Below are positions 13,263 through 25,757 of a stretch of 64,000 nucleotides of DNA, piece after piece. This DNA is from Sphagnum compactum. Taxonomy: Eukaryota. Every line of letters starts with the position of its first letter. Within the stretch, counting starts at the first letter, position 1. The notes below the pieces were generated by a model that searched no databases, was not told the origin of the DNA, and worked only from the letters and a program-made list of their open reading frames with translations. A program made the translations under genes and the position numbers. The DNA lies in the NCBI GenBank assembly GCA_965153455.1, contig OZ234494.1, positions 7,688,001 through 7,752,000 of the forward strand, written 5' to 3'.

Positions 13263-16200
13263 TAGGTACCTACTAACTAAATACCTAGTTAGTAAAAAAC
13301 TACTAATTAAGTAAGTAGTTAAATAGGTGTTAGGTATTTAGTAAGTACATAGTATGGTACCAATAGATACATAATAAGTAGGTATAATATTAATTTAAAT
13401 ATAATAAGTAGTTTATAACAATTAAGAGTAGCTAATAAGTTTAATTCTCAAAGGTTATTGTAATTAGTTCTAAGTTAGGTTATTTACATTCTTATTATTA
13501 TTATTTATTAATAATATTATAATATGATCCTAACTTAGGTGAACAATTAATAGCTAACCACCTAAGGTTAATTGAGTGTTTAATGTGGCACATAAGGTAC
13601 CCACCTAGGCTAAACGATCTAAACCACCAAATATTTATCTAATACCTAGCATCTAGGTTATAACCTAAAAATTTGATAACTAGTAGTAGTTAAAAAAATA
13701 CATATAAGGTAATAGTTAGTAAGTACCTAGAAGTAAGTATTAGCTACCTAACTAGGTATTTTTATAAGTACCTACTAACTACCTATTAAAGAGCTCGCTA
13801 TCTTATACTCTAGATATAATTAACTAAATACCTAACTACTAATTAGGTGAGTAGCTAGGTAGGTACTAGGTATTTAATAAGTACCTAGTATCTCAAGAAA
13901 TAATTACTTAATATCTAATTAATAATCAATTCACAAATTAATCATTAATTTTTTTGATATATTTAATTATTTGGCAATTACTTATAAATTTTTTTATTTA
14001 TTAAATTATCTAAATAAAATTTCTATTTTTACCAATTGCTAGTTCTGAAAATAAACCTTTTAAAATGTTAGTGATCAACTAATTAAATAAGAAATAATTA
14101 AGTTTTAAATTACTATCTAAAAAATAAACTATTAACTAATTGGTAATTTCTCTATATTAGTTATAAATTATTAAATCTCTAACTTATTAAATCAATTTGT
14201 AGAAACCAAATCAGTTTTGATTCATCATTAATATTAATTAAATAATTAACTTGTGAATTGGTATTTTAAAATATATATATAACCAACTACTGTTAATTAA
14301 TTAATATTTATTAGTTATTAACCATAATTGTTGATTATTAAAAATTTAACTACCACCTAGTTTAATAAATATTAATAAAGTAATAATTAAATTATTACTT
14401 TATATTTAAGAAATATCAACTGATAATATATATATATGATAAATATTCAATGAATTTTAATTAATAATTAATAATAATAAAATTAATTTGTGAATTTTTA
14501 AATTTATTATCATTAGCTGACTAAACATTTACTTACTAATAGTCATTAGTTATTAACCATAACTTTTGATTAAATAGTTAGATCATATTATTGGGAAACT
14601 TCAAAATTAATGAAAATTATTTAAATTATTTAAAAAGGAATAATCAAATAATTAATTATCTAAATAAGTAATCAAAAAATTCACTTTATCCAACTAATTA
14701 TTTATAACTATTTTGTTTTTCATAGTAACTAAATATTAAATATTAATTAGTAGTTAATGAATTATTGACAAATAATTCATTGATAAATATTAAATATTTA
14801 TATGTAAATTTATTGGCTTGTGAATAAAAATCAAATATAGCATTGTGCTAATCACTTTGTTAGTAGATTATGCATGTGTGTTACCTTGAGGGTAGCATTT
14901 TGTGGAGGTAGTGTGATCGAAAATAAATGGTGTCATTGATGAAATGCATTCCTTGGTCTGAAACCAGGGTAAGAGGGCACCCAAACATAGTCAAGATGCA
15001 TTCATATAAAAATTTGGCCATTACTACCACCATATTGGAATGTAATGTCCTTGCATCTACCCACTTGGTGGTGTAATTTGTCACAACAAGGATGTATTGA
15101 TTTCATGTGTGCCTCCCCATGGGTTTGACAAGTCCAATGAAATCCACACCCCATTTCATGAATGGATTTGACGATAGGGCTATTACTAATTTGGCCATGC
15201 TTGAAAATGTCAAATTTCTCGTTTTTTGCCATTAATCACACTAGTAGAAATTGGCCAAAATGTAATCACTGTATTTGCAACTACATGCGATTGTTAATCA
15301 TTTGTGATTACCTTTGGACATTTTTGAAATTATTTCTTATGTTTGGTCATATTTGTGATTACATTACAACTATTTTGGTTTTCATTTAAAAAGAACAACT
15401 TATGTCCCATTAGTTGTAAATGTGACCAATTTAATCAAGCAATCGTATGGGTATACAAAAATGTATTTTGTGTATTTTAAGGAGTATAGTTGCATATATT
15501 ACGATTTACAAATGTATACTTTGAATGTATATGAACAATCATATTACATGTGTATTCAAGTATTATTATTAACACAAGTGGCTCAAATATTATGGTTACA
15601 CAAGGTGTCTAGTTTAAATACATTAGAATTTTATGTAAGATATTTACAAAATATATTGTGCCCATATTATAAGTTTATCCAAGCTATCTTATTATACTTC
15701 CTAAAAATATTACAAATGACATTTATTTTTATTTTTATTATAAATAATAATTTATTATATTATATTTCAAAAATATAATTTAATATTATCTTTCACTAAT
15801 TTTTGAAAATAATATTTTATTACATGATGATGATGATTAGTATGATAGGAAAAATAATAATATAATATTGAAATCAATACCATTATGCATATTGTAATTA
15901 TTATTATTATTATTATTTGATATTTATAGTTTACAAGAGCTATAAAAATTGACATAATAAGAATAATACAATAGTTAACATAGACTAATTACGATATCAT
16001 TATTATTATAAGTAATCATGTATAAAATATTAGTACATCGTAATAGTAATTAAAATATAATTATTTTATAATATTTATTGTAATAGTTCATAAATAACTA
16101 TAATGAGTGAAGTAATAATATGAATAATAAAAATCATATAATTAACCTTGGCTATTGACTAGCTACATAATAATTCAATTCATGTTATTGTTATTGTTAA

Positions 16201-17120
16201 ATATTTTTATTTTTATTATCTAAAAAATGAAAATTCTTGGGAATAATTATAATAAAATAGTTAGCTTAGGCTAGGTTTTAATTATATTATTAGATTTTAT
16301 AAAATCTAGTAGTTAACATTTAGAATTATCAACTATTAATTACTGAATAATTTAACTATTATATTAATTTATTTGGTTACAAGATGTTAATTATTTATTT
16401 ATTAATAATTAGTTAGTTATTTGAATATTAGATATTTACCTGACAATTACTAGTTAATTCAATTTTTTGATAGATCATTATAGTTAATATATAGTTAAAA
16501 TTAAATATTATTAATTTTTATTTAACTAATAAATTTAGTAATATTTATTAATAATTAATAATTTTATTATGTAGTTGAAAATTATTAATGATTATTACTA
16601 TAAATAATTAGTTAGTTGGATTGTTTATTATTGAATTAATTAATTGCAAGTAGTTTGCAATTAAAATGTTTATGTCATATGTTTTGGCTTTCATTTTCAT
16701 TTTGAACAGTATATAAACAAGGTGTTTTGTTTTATATTTTCATATTGAAAAACACATGGGCATATGGGATGAGCCAATAAAAAAGGCTTAATTCCAAATA
16801 AAATATAATTATTCGTGTATTTACATTTAACTACCTACCTCCTTAATTTACCTACCTACCTTCCTACCTATTTACTTAATTAAGTAGGTATTTGGCCTAG
16901 GTAGATAAGTTAATCGTATTTACATAGGTGTTTAACTTAGATGGGTAGGTAGATAGGTAGGTAGGTACTTATTTTGACCTACATACCTAAATATTAATTT
17001 TTGAAAAAATTCAATTAATATGTCACTTAAATTTTTTCTATTGCACCACATGCATAATCTAAAACCATCTAAGCATAAAAATTAAATGTCCTAAATTAGT
17101 TCAAAATTATAATAAAAATA
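13262..17120. repeat. Extremely AT-rich low-complexity block with (T)AGGT/ACCT(A) repeats and internal direct repeats
   Basis: TAGGTA/TACCTA arrays at 13262-13890 and 16830-16990. The segment ATTAGTTATTAACCATAA is duplicated at ~14310 and ~14545. Long AT-only tracts; the ORFs here are compositional artefacts. Confidence 0.6.
14880..15230 (-). mobile_element. Ty3/gypsy integrase core (rve) fragment
   Basis: Translation gives PFMKWGVDFIGLVKP, TKWVDARTL, MAKFLYECILTMFGCPLTLVSDQGMHFIND and ..PQGN, with frameshifts and an internal deletion. Confidence 0.85.
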
Positions 17121-18399
17121 TTTTTAATTGTTAAAGTTACTTTCTAGCAAAGTGAATCGTAAGGCTTTTAGTGTAATGATTTTTGTGTACTCCAAAGGGC
17201 AACTCTCAAGAAATAACCTTCATGTGTGAAGGTAGCTTTTCACATCTGATAGCTAGTCAGGCTATATAATGAATAGAAGTGCATTTATTGTATGGTTAGG
17301 GACCCCCTATGGCTTTGTGTTGTGAGGGAGATGAAATAGTGCAATTGCCATAGAGTGAGTACATCTTAATAGATTTATAAATCATATTCTAGAAATAATA
17401 GTAGCCACCTTGCTATTATGCCGAATAGTTGTGGTTTATTAACAAGGTAAGTCATAACCATGTGGTTAATGTAAAAAAAAAAATTGTTGTTGAAAAGGTA
17501 ATGGTGAAATTTATGAAAGGCGTAGATCATAGTTAGCACCTCTCTATGCCATAATATAATTTTGCTTCATGAAACTCAGCAACCTTGATGCATAAGTAAT
17601 CAGCTGATCGCACTTATTGTCTTGATTTTGAACTAACATTGTGTTAAGGGAATAGTTACTTGTGGTAATCATTAGTTAATATATTTCTATTTACCTAATT
17701 ACTATTTTAGGAATTACTAGCTAGATTACATAGTTTTTATCACCATTTGAATTTGAATAAAACATAGTAGAACTGTTTTTTTTAAGGAATAAATTGGGAG
17801 AAGAAAAATAGAATACCATTGTATCATTGTAGAACATGGAGCTTTAATGTAGTATGAAAGAAATATACTTTGATTTCTAGAAAGCTTTGTTTTCATAGCC
17901 AAAATTTATTATTTTGATGTTTTTAATCATACTTTCATTAGTGGATTTTAATTTTGAAACTAGTTCTAAGTAGATCTAAATGAACATATTTTGTTGGTAT
18001 TATTACTTTATTGCATTTCAGTCCAAATTTTAGACCATAATATAGAATTAAAAAATTTGTATTTACCATTTGGCGACCATCCCAAGGTTTGAATTTAGAG
18101 TGAATTTCATAATGTTGTTTATGTTTTGTTGCTAAATTTTTTGTTTCTATAGATAGATAATGAACTTCATTTTTATTTTTTTGCATTTTTAAAAAAACAT
18201 CGATCATAATTTTTTGTTTAGGAAACAAATTTAAGCATAATAGCTAATTGTGAGGATTTTATTCTAATGTAGAAGTTTGTTTAGATTTGAATTAGGATGT
18301 GGAAAGATGAAAAATAAAATTGTAATTATAAGTTTGAAGAAACAATTGGATTGGGTTATATTACATGAACAAGGGTAAGGCGCTTCCATTAACAACAAT

Positions 18400-21300
18400 T
18401 TGAGTGCATATAAGGTAGATCAATGGTTTGAAACACCTAGAAGAGTTTCTTAGACAAAACATAAACATCCGTGGACCAAAGAGAGACTTGTAAGCCATAG
18501 AACGCTTCAAGCAACACCGATTATTCTTCGTGAAATGGAAATCAGTGAAATACAAAGGCACACCAGCAGTCTGTTGTAAAATTCTAGGAGGGAAGAATGT
18601 TAAATTGAAAATGCAAACTCACAAGTTGAGTTTAGACAAAGGAGTCGAGAATCTAAACCTTGGCAAAAAGTTGTGTTAAAATCAGTAGATCTAATGTAGC
18701 AACATAACTCTAACACTCTAATTCAAGAAGAAGAACAGGGACTCAACAGGTTAGAAAGGGAGGAAGTGGTACCAAGGTATAGATCTACTTCACCTCCTTA
18801 TTATCGAGACGATCAAGAGAATGAAGAGTTTGAGCAAAGAGCTCAGCATTTTGAACCTCTAATTCATTATGTTGTTGAGCAAAAAGTCGTAACTCAGGGT
18901 ATCAGAATGTCCAGAGGAGTTGAGTCGATATTTGTAACTAGACAAAAAACTGTAGTTTTATTTAAAGCAAAACCAATAATAGGATAAGGTGTTCTTGTGG
19001 CTGTAAAAGTGAGGTATAGTGACCCCATATTTAATCAGTAGAATGGAAGCATAGTTAGAAGAGTTCCAAGGGATTGGAGTAAAGGAATTCATAGTGTGAA
19101 TAGAGTTCCAAGACCAAATTCTCCACATTGCACATATTACCATCAAATTGGACATCAGATCAATGAATGTCTATTTATTGAAGATAATGTAAATCAAAGA
19201 TTTGCTGAACATTTCCAAAATTTGAATCCAGAACCTACAAGAGTAAGGAATCATGGACAAATTTAGGAAAAGGATTTATACCATGAGAGGGTTCAAATTC
19301 TAGATAGAATTAGACAACAGATCTGGAGAGAAAACAAAGTGGAAATGAAAGCTTAGACTATGGCATAGGTAGTATCTATTTATGTAGCTCCTATACCAAG
19401 TTTGTTACATCAAAACAAAATTGGAATTACCTATGTAGGAACTTCAAATTTTAGAATGGAACTAATAAGATCTATGCCATTATATTCTATGGCAATGCCC
19501 TAGTCTATAATTACAGTTATTGAAGCTTTGTTTATATTAGCACTAGTCCATATTGTTGATGGTGTTAGATCCAGACCACAAACTCCAAGGGGAACATAAT
19601 TTGTGAGTTTGCATGAAGATATACTTAGAAAGGTGAATAGAGTTTTTGTTAATTAGCTATTAGATCCAAGAGGAGGTAGCTCAGATCTACCAAGACCACC
19701 AGGACCTCCAAGATATTTTGGATTACCAATGGTGAATCCAGGTAAACCACCATTACCACCAAACAGACCTTATTGTCGGCCATTTAACTATCCTGAGTGT
19801 GTCAAAGATTTTGACCTAGATGCTCATGTTAGAATGTTTAAAGCTACCATTAGAACAAATAGTGAAACAAATGATGCAAAAATTGTTAATATGTTTAGTT
19901 TTACCCTCAAAAATACTATATTTGATTGGTGTAACAATTATATGGGAGATTACCCAAATTGTACTTTTGCAAAATTGTAGCTGGTTTTTTGTAAAAGGTA
20001 CAGAAAAGTTTAGAATGATGAACAAGTTTACCGACAATTTAAAAACATGAAGTAGGAGAAGAATGAAAAAGTGGAAGTCTATTATGAGATATTATTGAAA
20101 TTGGCCAATAGTCTTCAACACACAACAACATATAGTTTCAAATTTTGTTTTCAAATTTGAATTACAACCATATTTGTGTGTAACAATAGCAGGTATGAAG
20201 GGAAAAACTTTGCAACAACATAAGAAAACAACTTTGGTTTGTGAAGAAAGAATTTTTGAAGTAGAGGCCATAAGCAATCTGTTAGTACCATAGAGTAGTA
20301 AGACAATATTAGCTTAAAAACCTTAGACAATCCCAAAGAAAACATGAATGTACTGTACAAATTGTCATAGGACAAATCATAATGTTGAAACATGTAGAGT
20401 CAAAAGAAAGGAAGACCCTATTCCTGCAATCTCTGAGGTTATTATTCAACAGATTAAAGTATAGAGGCATGTGAGGTATTCCTATCATATTTGTGGTGAT
20501 ACTGAACATAAGATCATATATTGTCTTAAATATAGTGATATGTAGAATATGTTTGAGAACAAAGGAGTGAAACCAACAAAGAAACAACTTGTTGTAAAAC
20601 CCAAGGTTTCAAATCCTTTAGTCCATATGGTCGATGTGAATATGGCCATCACCAGGAGCAAGGTTACTGAAGACTAGGTGTTTAAGGACTGAATTAATGA
20701 AGAAGAAGTCTACTGCTGATTGGGAAGAGGAATAGAGACTACAACAATCTTTTGTCAAGACTATACATGAGATGCAAATCAAAAACCCACCACAAAATTT
20801 GATTCCAAAGGAGAAAGCGCAATGGAATACAATTTGGGCAAGATTGCTAGGATCTGAAGTGTCCACATAACCAATTGTATCACAAAGTTTGTTTGTTAAT
20901 CCTATCAATAGAGTTATGTACATGGAACAAATATTCCAAAATATCAGTAAACAAATGTTGGAGACTACCTATACGTTGAGGTTAAGTCAATTACTGAAGA
21001 TAACACCAGATCTTTAAAAATATGTGGTAGAAATTAAAACTAGAAAAACCTAATATAGTTACTAAACATAGGTCAAAATTTAGTGTAGCCACAGTGGTTG
21101 AGACACATTCTGAATTAGACACATCAATTATAGAGGTAGATAACCAGATGGCAGTTATCCAAGTATAAGTTGGGAGAACATTGTTGAGCATGTTTTGATA
21201 AATGGAGGGTAGGTGTGAACATTACAACATAAAACCTTAGAACAAAGTTAGGTTTACCCAAACCAAAACCAGCTCCATACCACCTTAGAATGGTAGATCA

Positions 21301-23440
21301 GAATATGACCAAACCATTATGAATCATAAATTTTTTGAAGATTCCCATACATGGTATCCCATATATAGCCACATTTATTATTTTGAAAGATAGAATGGTA
21401 GATTCTAGTTATTATATGTTGTTAGGAAGACCTTGGCTCAGAGATCCAAAGGTTACACATGACTAGGGTAACAATGTCATTATTGTTCAAAGTAATGGAA
21501 CAGTTAAAACAATATTCGTTAACAAGAAATTGGGAGCAAAAACCAGAAGGCCCCAAATATTTATTTGTTTTGACTTGATGGAAGTGTTAATAGATGAAAA
21601 AGAAGATCTCATCTTTGAGACAGAACCAGAACTGTTTTCAATTGGCACAATTACATTCTTAGAAGAAACATTTTCATTGCTAAGTGTTGGAGTGTTAGAG
21701 ATCAAAAGCACTGAAAAATCTAACCTAGAGCAAAAGATATCACATTAAATATCTCTAGAAGTAATGCCTTCAACAGTGAAGTCAAAAGACTTTTGTGTCA
21801 AACCAAAGGTTTCATTGGAAGACAAGGTTTATCCAGAAAACTATTACCATCATAGCCATGATGATATTCAAGTGGATGAGACACCAGCAAAAATATAAGT
21901 ATAGGGTCCTTAGATCGCAGGTTGGACATTGAATATAAAAAACTTGTTAAGCTGAATCTTGGCACATAAGTAAATCCATAATACATCAAGGTTAATTCAC
22001 AATTGACAAAAGAAAAGACTAAGGAGCTTCAAATGTTATTTAAGGAGTTCAAAGATGTGTTTGCCTAGACTTACAAAGATCTGAAGGACATACCTCTGGA
22101 ATTGGCTCAACATAAAATTGAATTAGATACCTCAAGTCCACCAGCACATCAGGCAAGGTACAAATTGAACCATAATTATGTTGCAGTTGTCAAATGGGAC
22201 ATTGACAAACTATTAACAACTGGATTTTTTCAACCAATAAAGGAGGCTATATGGTTATCACCCATAGTAGTAGTGCTTAAGAAGAATGGCAAATTGAGAA
22301 TTTGTGTGGATTTTAGGAAGCTCAATAAGGCAACCAAAAAAAATCCTTATCCTTTGCCATTTTCTGATGAGGTACTGAACACAGTAGCAAGGTATGAAAC
22401 CTATTCATTTTTAGATGGATATTCAGGATACCATCATATTTTTATAGCCCTTAAGGATAAATACAAAATAGCTTTTGTAGCAAATTGGGGAGCTTTTCTT
22501 TAGATGGTGATGCCATTTGGTGTAAAAAATGGGGCACTAACTTTCCAGAAAGTAAACAAAGCCTTCAAAGAGTATTTAGACTAGTTCATGAAGATATTTT
22601 TGGATGACTACATAGGTTATAGTGATATGGAAAGTCATTGATGAAGCTCAAACTTTGCTTTTAAAAATGCAGAAAATATAAAATTAGTCTTAACCTAGAG
22701 AAACGTGCCTTTATGTTATTTTCAGAACTAATTTTAGGGTTCATAGTGTCCAAGGAAGGAAAAATACCAGACCTTAAGAAGTTTCAAGCAATAATGAACA
22801 TGCTAGTACCTACCAATCCATAGCAGATTCATGTTTTTAATGGTATGGCTTAGTTTTATAGATGTTTCATCAAGAACTTTGCTTTTATCATGGCACCAAT
22901 CACCAAGTTGATGAGGAAAATAGAACCTTTTACCTAGACCACAAAATGTCAAGAAGCTTGGGATCAGATCAAACAAAAGTACATGGAAGCATCGATTCTA
23001 ATACCTCCAAATTGGCAGTTGGAGTTTCATGTGCACATAGATGCATCATTGTTGGCAGTAGGTGTAATGTTGGCACATAATCCAACTAGTAAGTATGACT
23101 AGCCTATAGTATATGTTTTTAGCATGCTCAATAAAGTAGAACATAATCATACTATTATAGAAAGATAAGGCTTAGCATGGTTTATGCTTTACATAAGTTC
23201 AAACATTTTTTATTGGGAAACAAATTTGTTTTTTATGTAGACCATATGGCTCTGGTGTACTTAGTCAACAAACCACAAGTGTCAGGAAAAATAACAAGAT
23301 GGTATTTGTTATTCTTGGAGTATGAGTTCACAGTAGTTTACAAACTTAGTAGAACACATGTACTTGCTGATGCTTTATCCAGATTGCCAGATAGTTCAAA
23401 ACCATTGGGTGTCTTAAATCAGAATGTGGATGCATCTTTG
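18400..23440 (+). mobile_element. Decayed Ty3/gypsy retrotransposon gag-pol (gag, Zn knuckles, protease, RT, RNase H), truncated before the integrase
   Basis: Gag-like DLDAHVRMFKATIRTNSE...FSFTLKNTIFDW (19729-19980). CCHC knuckles at 20354-20395 and 20483-20524. Protease-like VLINGG.GVNI at ~21192. RT WLSPIVVVLKKNGKLRICVDFRKLNKATKKNPYPLPF...YSFLDGYSGYH (22102-22503), MPFGVKNG and IFLDD (~22595). RNase H FHVH.DASL and LHKFKHFLLGNKFVFYVDHMAL...ADALSR (23177-23385). Resembles the non-chromovirus (OTA/Phygy-like) group. The 5' boundary is approximate. Confidence 0.92.
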
Positions 23441-23789
23441 TTTCTAGCCCTCTTGCTCTTTTTATTTAGAAAAAAACTTATTCATATTCTTTTTCCTTGT
23501 TGGTCCATCTTTTTTTCCTTGGTTTCATATTCTTTGGCCTAATTTAAACTCTGCAATTGATTTGAAAACATGAATATACTTAATAAGAACTATCCATTAG
23601 CAACAGACTCTTATGCATATTTCAAACATTGATACAAAGTCAAAAAGACAATCTTGCTAGAACATTTTCAAACCACAAAAATTAGTTCCAATTTTCTATC
23701 TATATTAGTTTTTTTCTTTGTCTTTTATTTCTTTCCCTTAAAATTTTTTTTCCCTATATCTTTGCCTTTTGTTTATCTTTTTTCCTATG

Positions 23790-24400
23790 AACTAATTATA
23801 AGTTATGACATTCCTTGTAGTTGTAGTTAAATTTCTCACTTGAGAGTTGATTGCAAGGTTTTCAAAATCCAATTTGATGAATGATATGGGCATTTCAAGC
23901 TAGAGATGTTGAAAAGAATTTCAATCGATATCTAACATTGATTAAGGCACCATTATTATTATGAACAACATTTGGAACTTGTCAAAACCTTAAAAGCAAG
24001 TCTACTTTCAACTACAACCAAGATCTACGGATCAATTTTGTTTACAAGTGCTATCAACATGCAATCCAATTCTTTTAATGTCACCGTGCAATGCAATGTT
24101 GTTGTTATTATGAAAGCACCATTTCATGTTAATCCCTTAATTTGGATTTGGTGCACTTTAAAGGCTTCCCACATTTTACAATATTCTTTCCTTGAGGTTT
24201 TCAAATTGGTAGAACTTACAATAATATGTGTTGGGGTCAATGGAAAATGAAAATCTTTCATGTTTTTTTTCATGAAATCTGAATTGAAAAAATCACCTCA
24301 ATGAACACCTAATACTGTTGTGGGAATGTATTCTCAAACTCTCTATAGTTTCAATACTTTCCCATATGACACATGCTTTGATTAATGGAAGGAGTAGGAG
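23790..24400 (+). mobile_element. Decayed hAT-like transposase C-terminal (dimerisation) domain fragment
   Basis: NPLIWIWCTLKASHILQYSFLEVFKLVELTIICV.GSMENE..F...FMKS.L.NHLNEHL..VVGMYSQ...FPYDTCFD*WKE resembles the hAT C-terminal pattern (S..ER.FS....K...RN.L). Confidence 0.6.
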
Positions 24401-25757
24401 TAGAAACTTAGGTGAACATTGGATTACATTCCACTATTGGGATTTGGGTTGAGTTCATGATTTCACTCCCATCATCCTTGGGCCATATTCTCAACGATGA
24501 CATCTAATGGCCAAAGCTACATCTTTTTTCACTTAAGATTCAATAAGTTAGGTCATGGTTGCTCAATGTTATGTCTTTGTGTGTGTGTGTGTGGGGAATG
24601 TTTAAATGTTTATGTGTCCATTATCATGTATGCATGTGTGTTTGTGTGTGTGTAAGGTCTACATTATGTTTAAATGTATCAATCTTGCAATTTGTTGGGT
24701 CAACTTGTAAATTGTGAGTTAATCAAACCTTTATCCTTTTCTTTACTTGGGTCTATCTAGTTTCTTTTTCTTAAGTTTGTCCATTTTTATGGTTTCTTTT
24801 TTCATACTTAGTCTTTCTATCTCTTTGTGTTTTTCATCATTAGTATTTTTCTTAACTCTCTTTGCCTCTTTTGATTCTTTGTTCACTTATGTCTATCTTC
24901 CTTTGATTCTCTATTTGCCTTGGTTTGTTTTTATTATATTCTTTGTCTACTTGTATTTGTTTGCATTTGTGTGAAAATGAAGGCATCATAAGGTTATAGA
25001 CTATTTAAATGTAATCACATGAGTCAATCATTATATTGGAGCCAACCAATCAAAAGTAATCATTTTAGTGTGTTTTCTTAATGGAACAAAACCCATTGAT
25101 TTTTATACAAGGCCCAAAGGTTCTTGAATTTGAAAAACTGTGCCAAAACTAAAACGACAAGATTTAGAAATTTGAAGAATTGGGCTCAAACTTGCACTCA
25201 GACAACCTACAATCTTTTAAAAGCAACAAAATCAGGACTAGCATTTCTCTTTAAAGGGTAGAGAGACCAAAACTAGTCCATACAGATGTTGGATGAGTAC
25301 TTGCTTCCAAGGGTAAGAACCACAAATTCTGATCCCGATTGGTAAGAACCGAACTGGAACTGGGTCTGATTCTTAGAATTAGAATGACAATCGAAACCTG
25401 ATATTTTTATAAAAGAATTAGACCTAAAATAAGGTTTCAGTTCTATTTATGTGTGGAACTAGAACCAAGATTTTTGAAAACCAATGGTTTTGAAAAATAA
25501 AATGTGACACTGGCGTTAACAAGAGGTTCAAGGTTTAGTGACCGTTGACCACTGGTTCTCATCTGTGAGTTAGTAAGAACCGGACGACAATTGGAACCAG
25601 AACTGAATTTTTTTGAAAAAAGAACCAGACCCAAAACCACAATATCAGTTCGATTTATGTATGGAGCTAGAATTGAAACCAAGACAGTTCTAATTTATTT
25701 TCTGGAACCTGAGCCCCAGGGTGAACCCCTTTTACGGGGAGGGAGGCAACAGCCCCA

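Noticed and set aside
15422-15955. Hydrophobic Ile/Tyr/Phe-rich ORFs (also 24747-24974 and 33502-33928)
   Set aside because: These are artefacts of AT- or T-rich low-complexity DNA.
18300-18950. 5' LTR/PBS of the gypsy element
   Set aside because: There is no second LTR copy in the window and no clear TG..CA boundary with a tRNA-complementary PBS.
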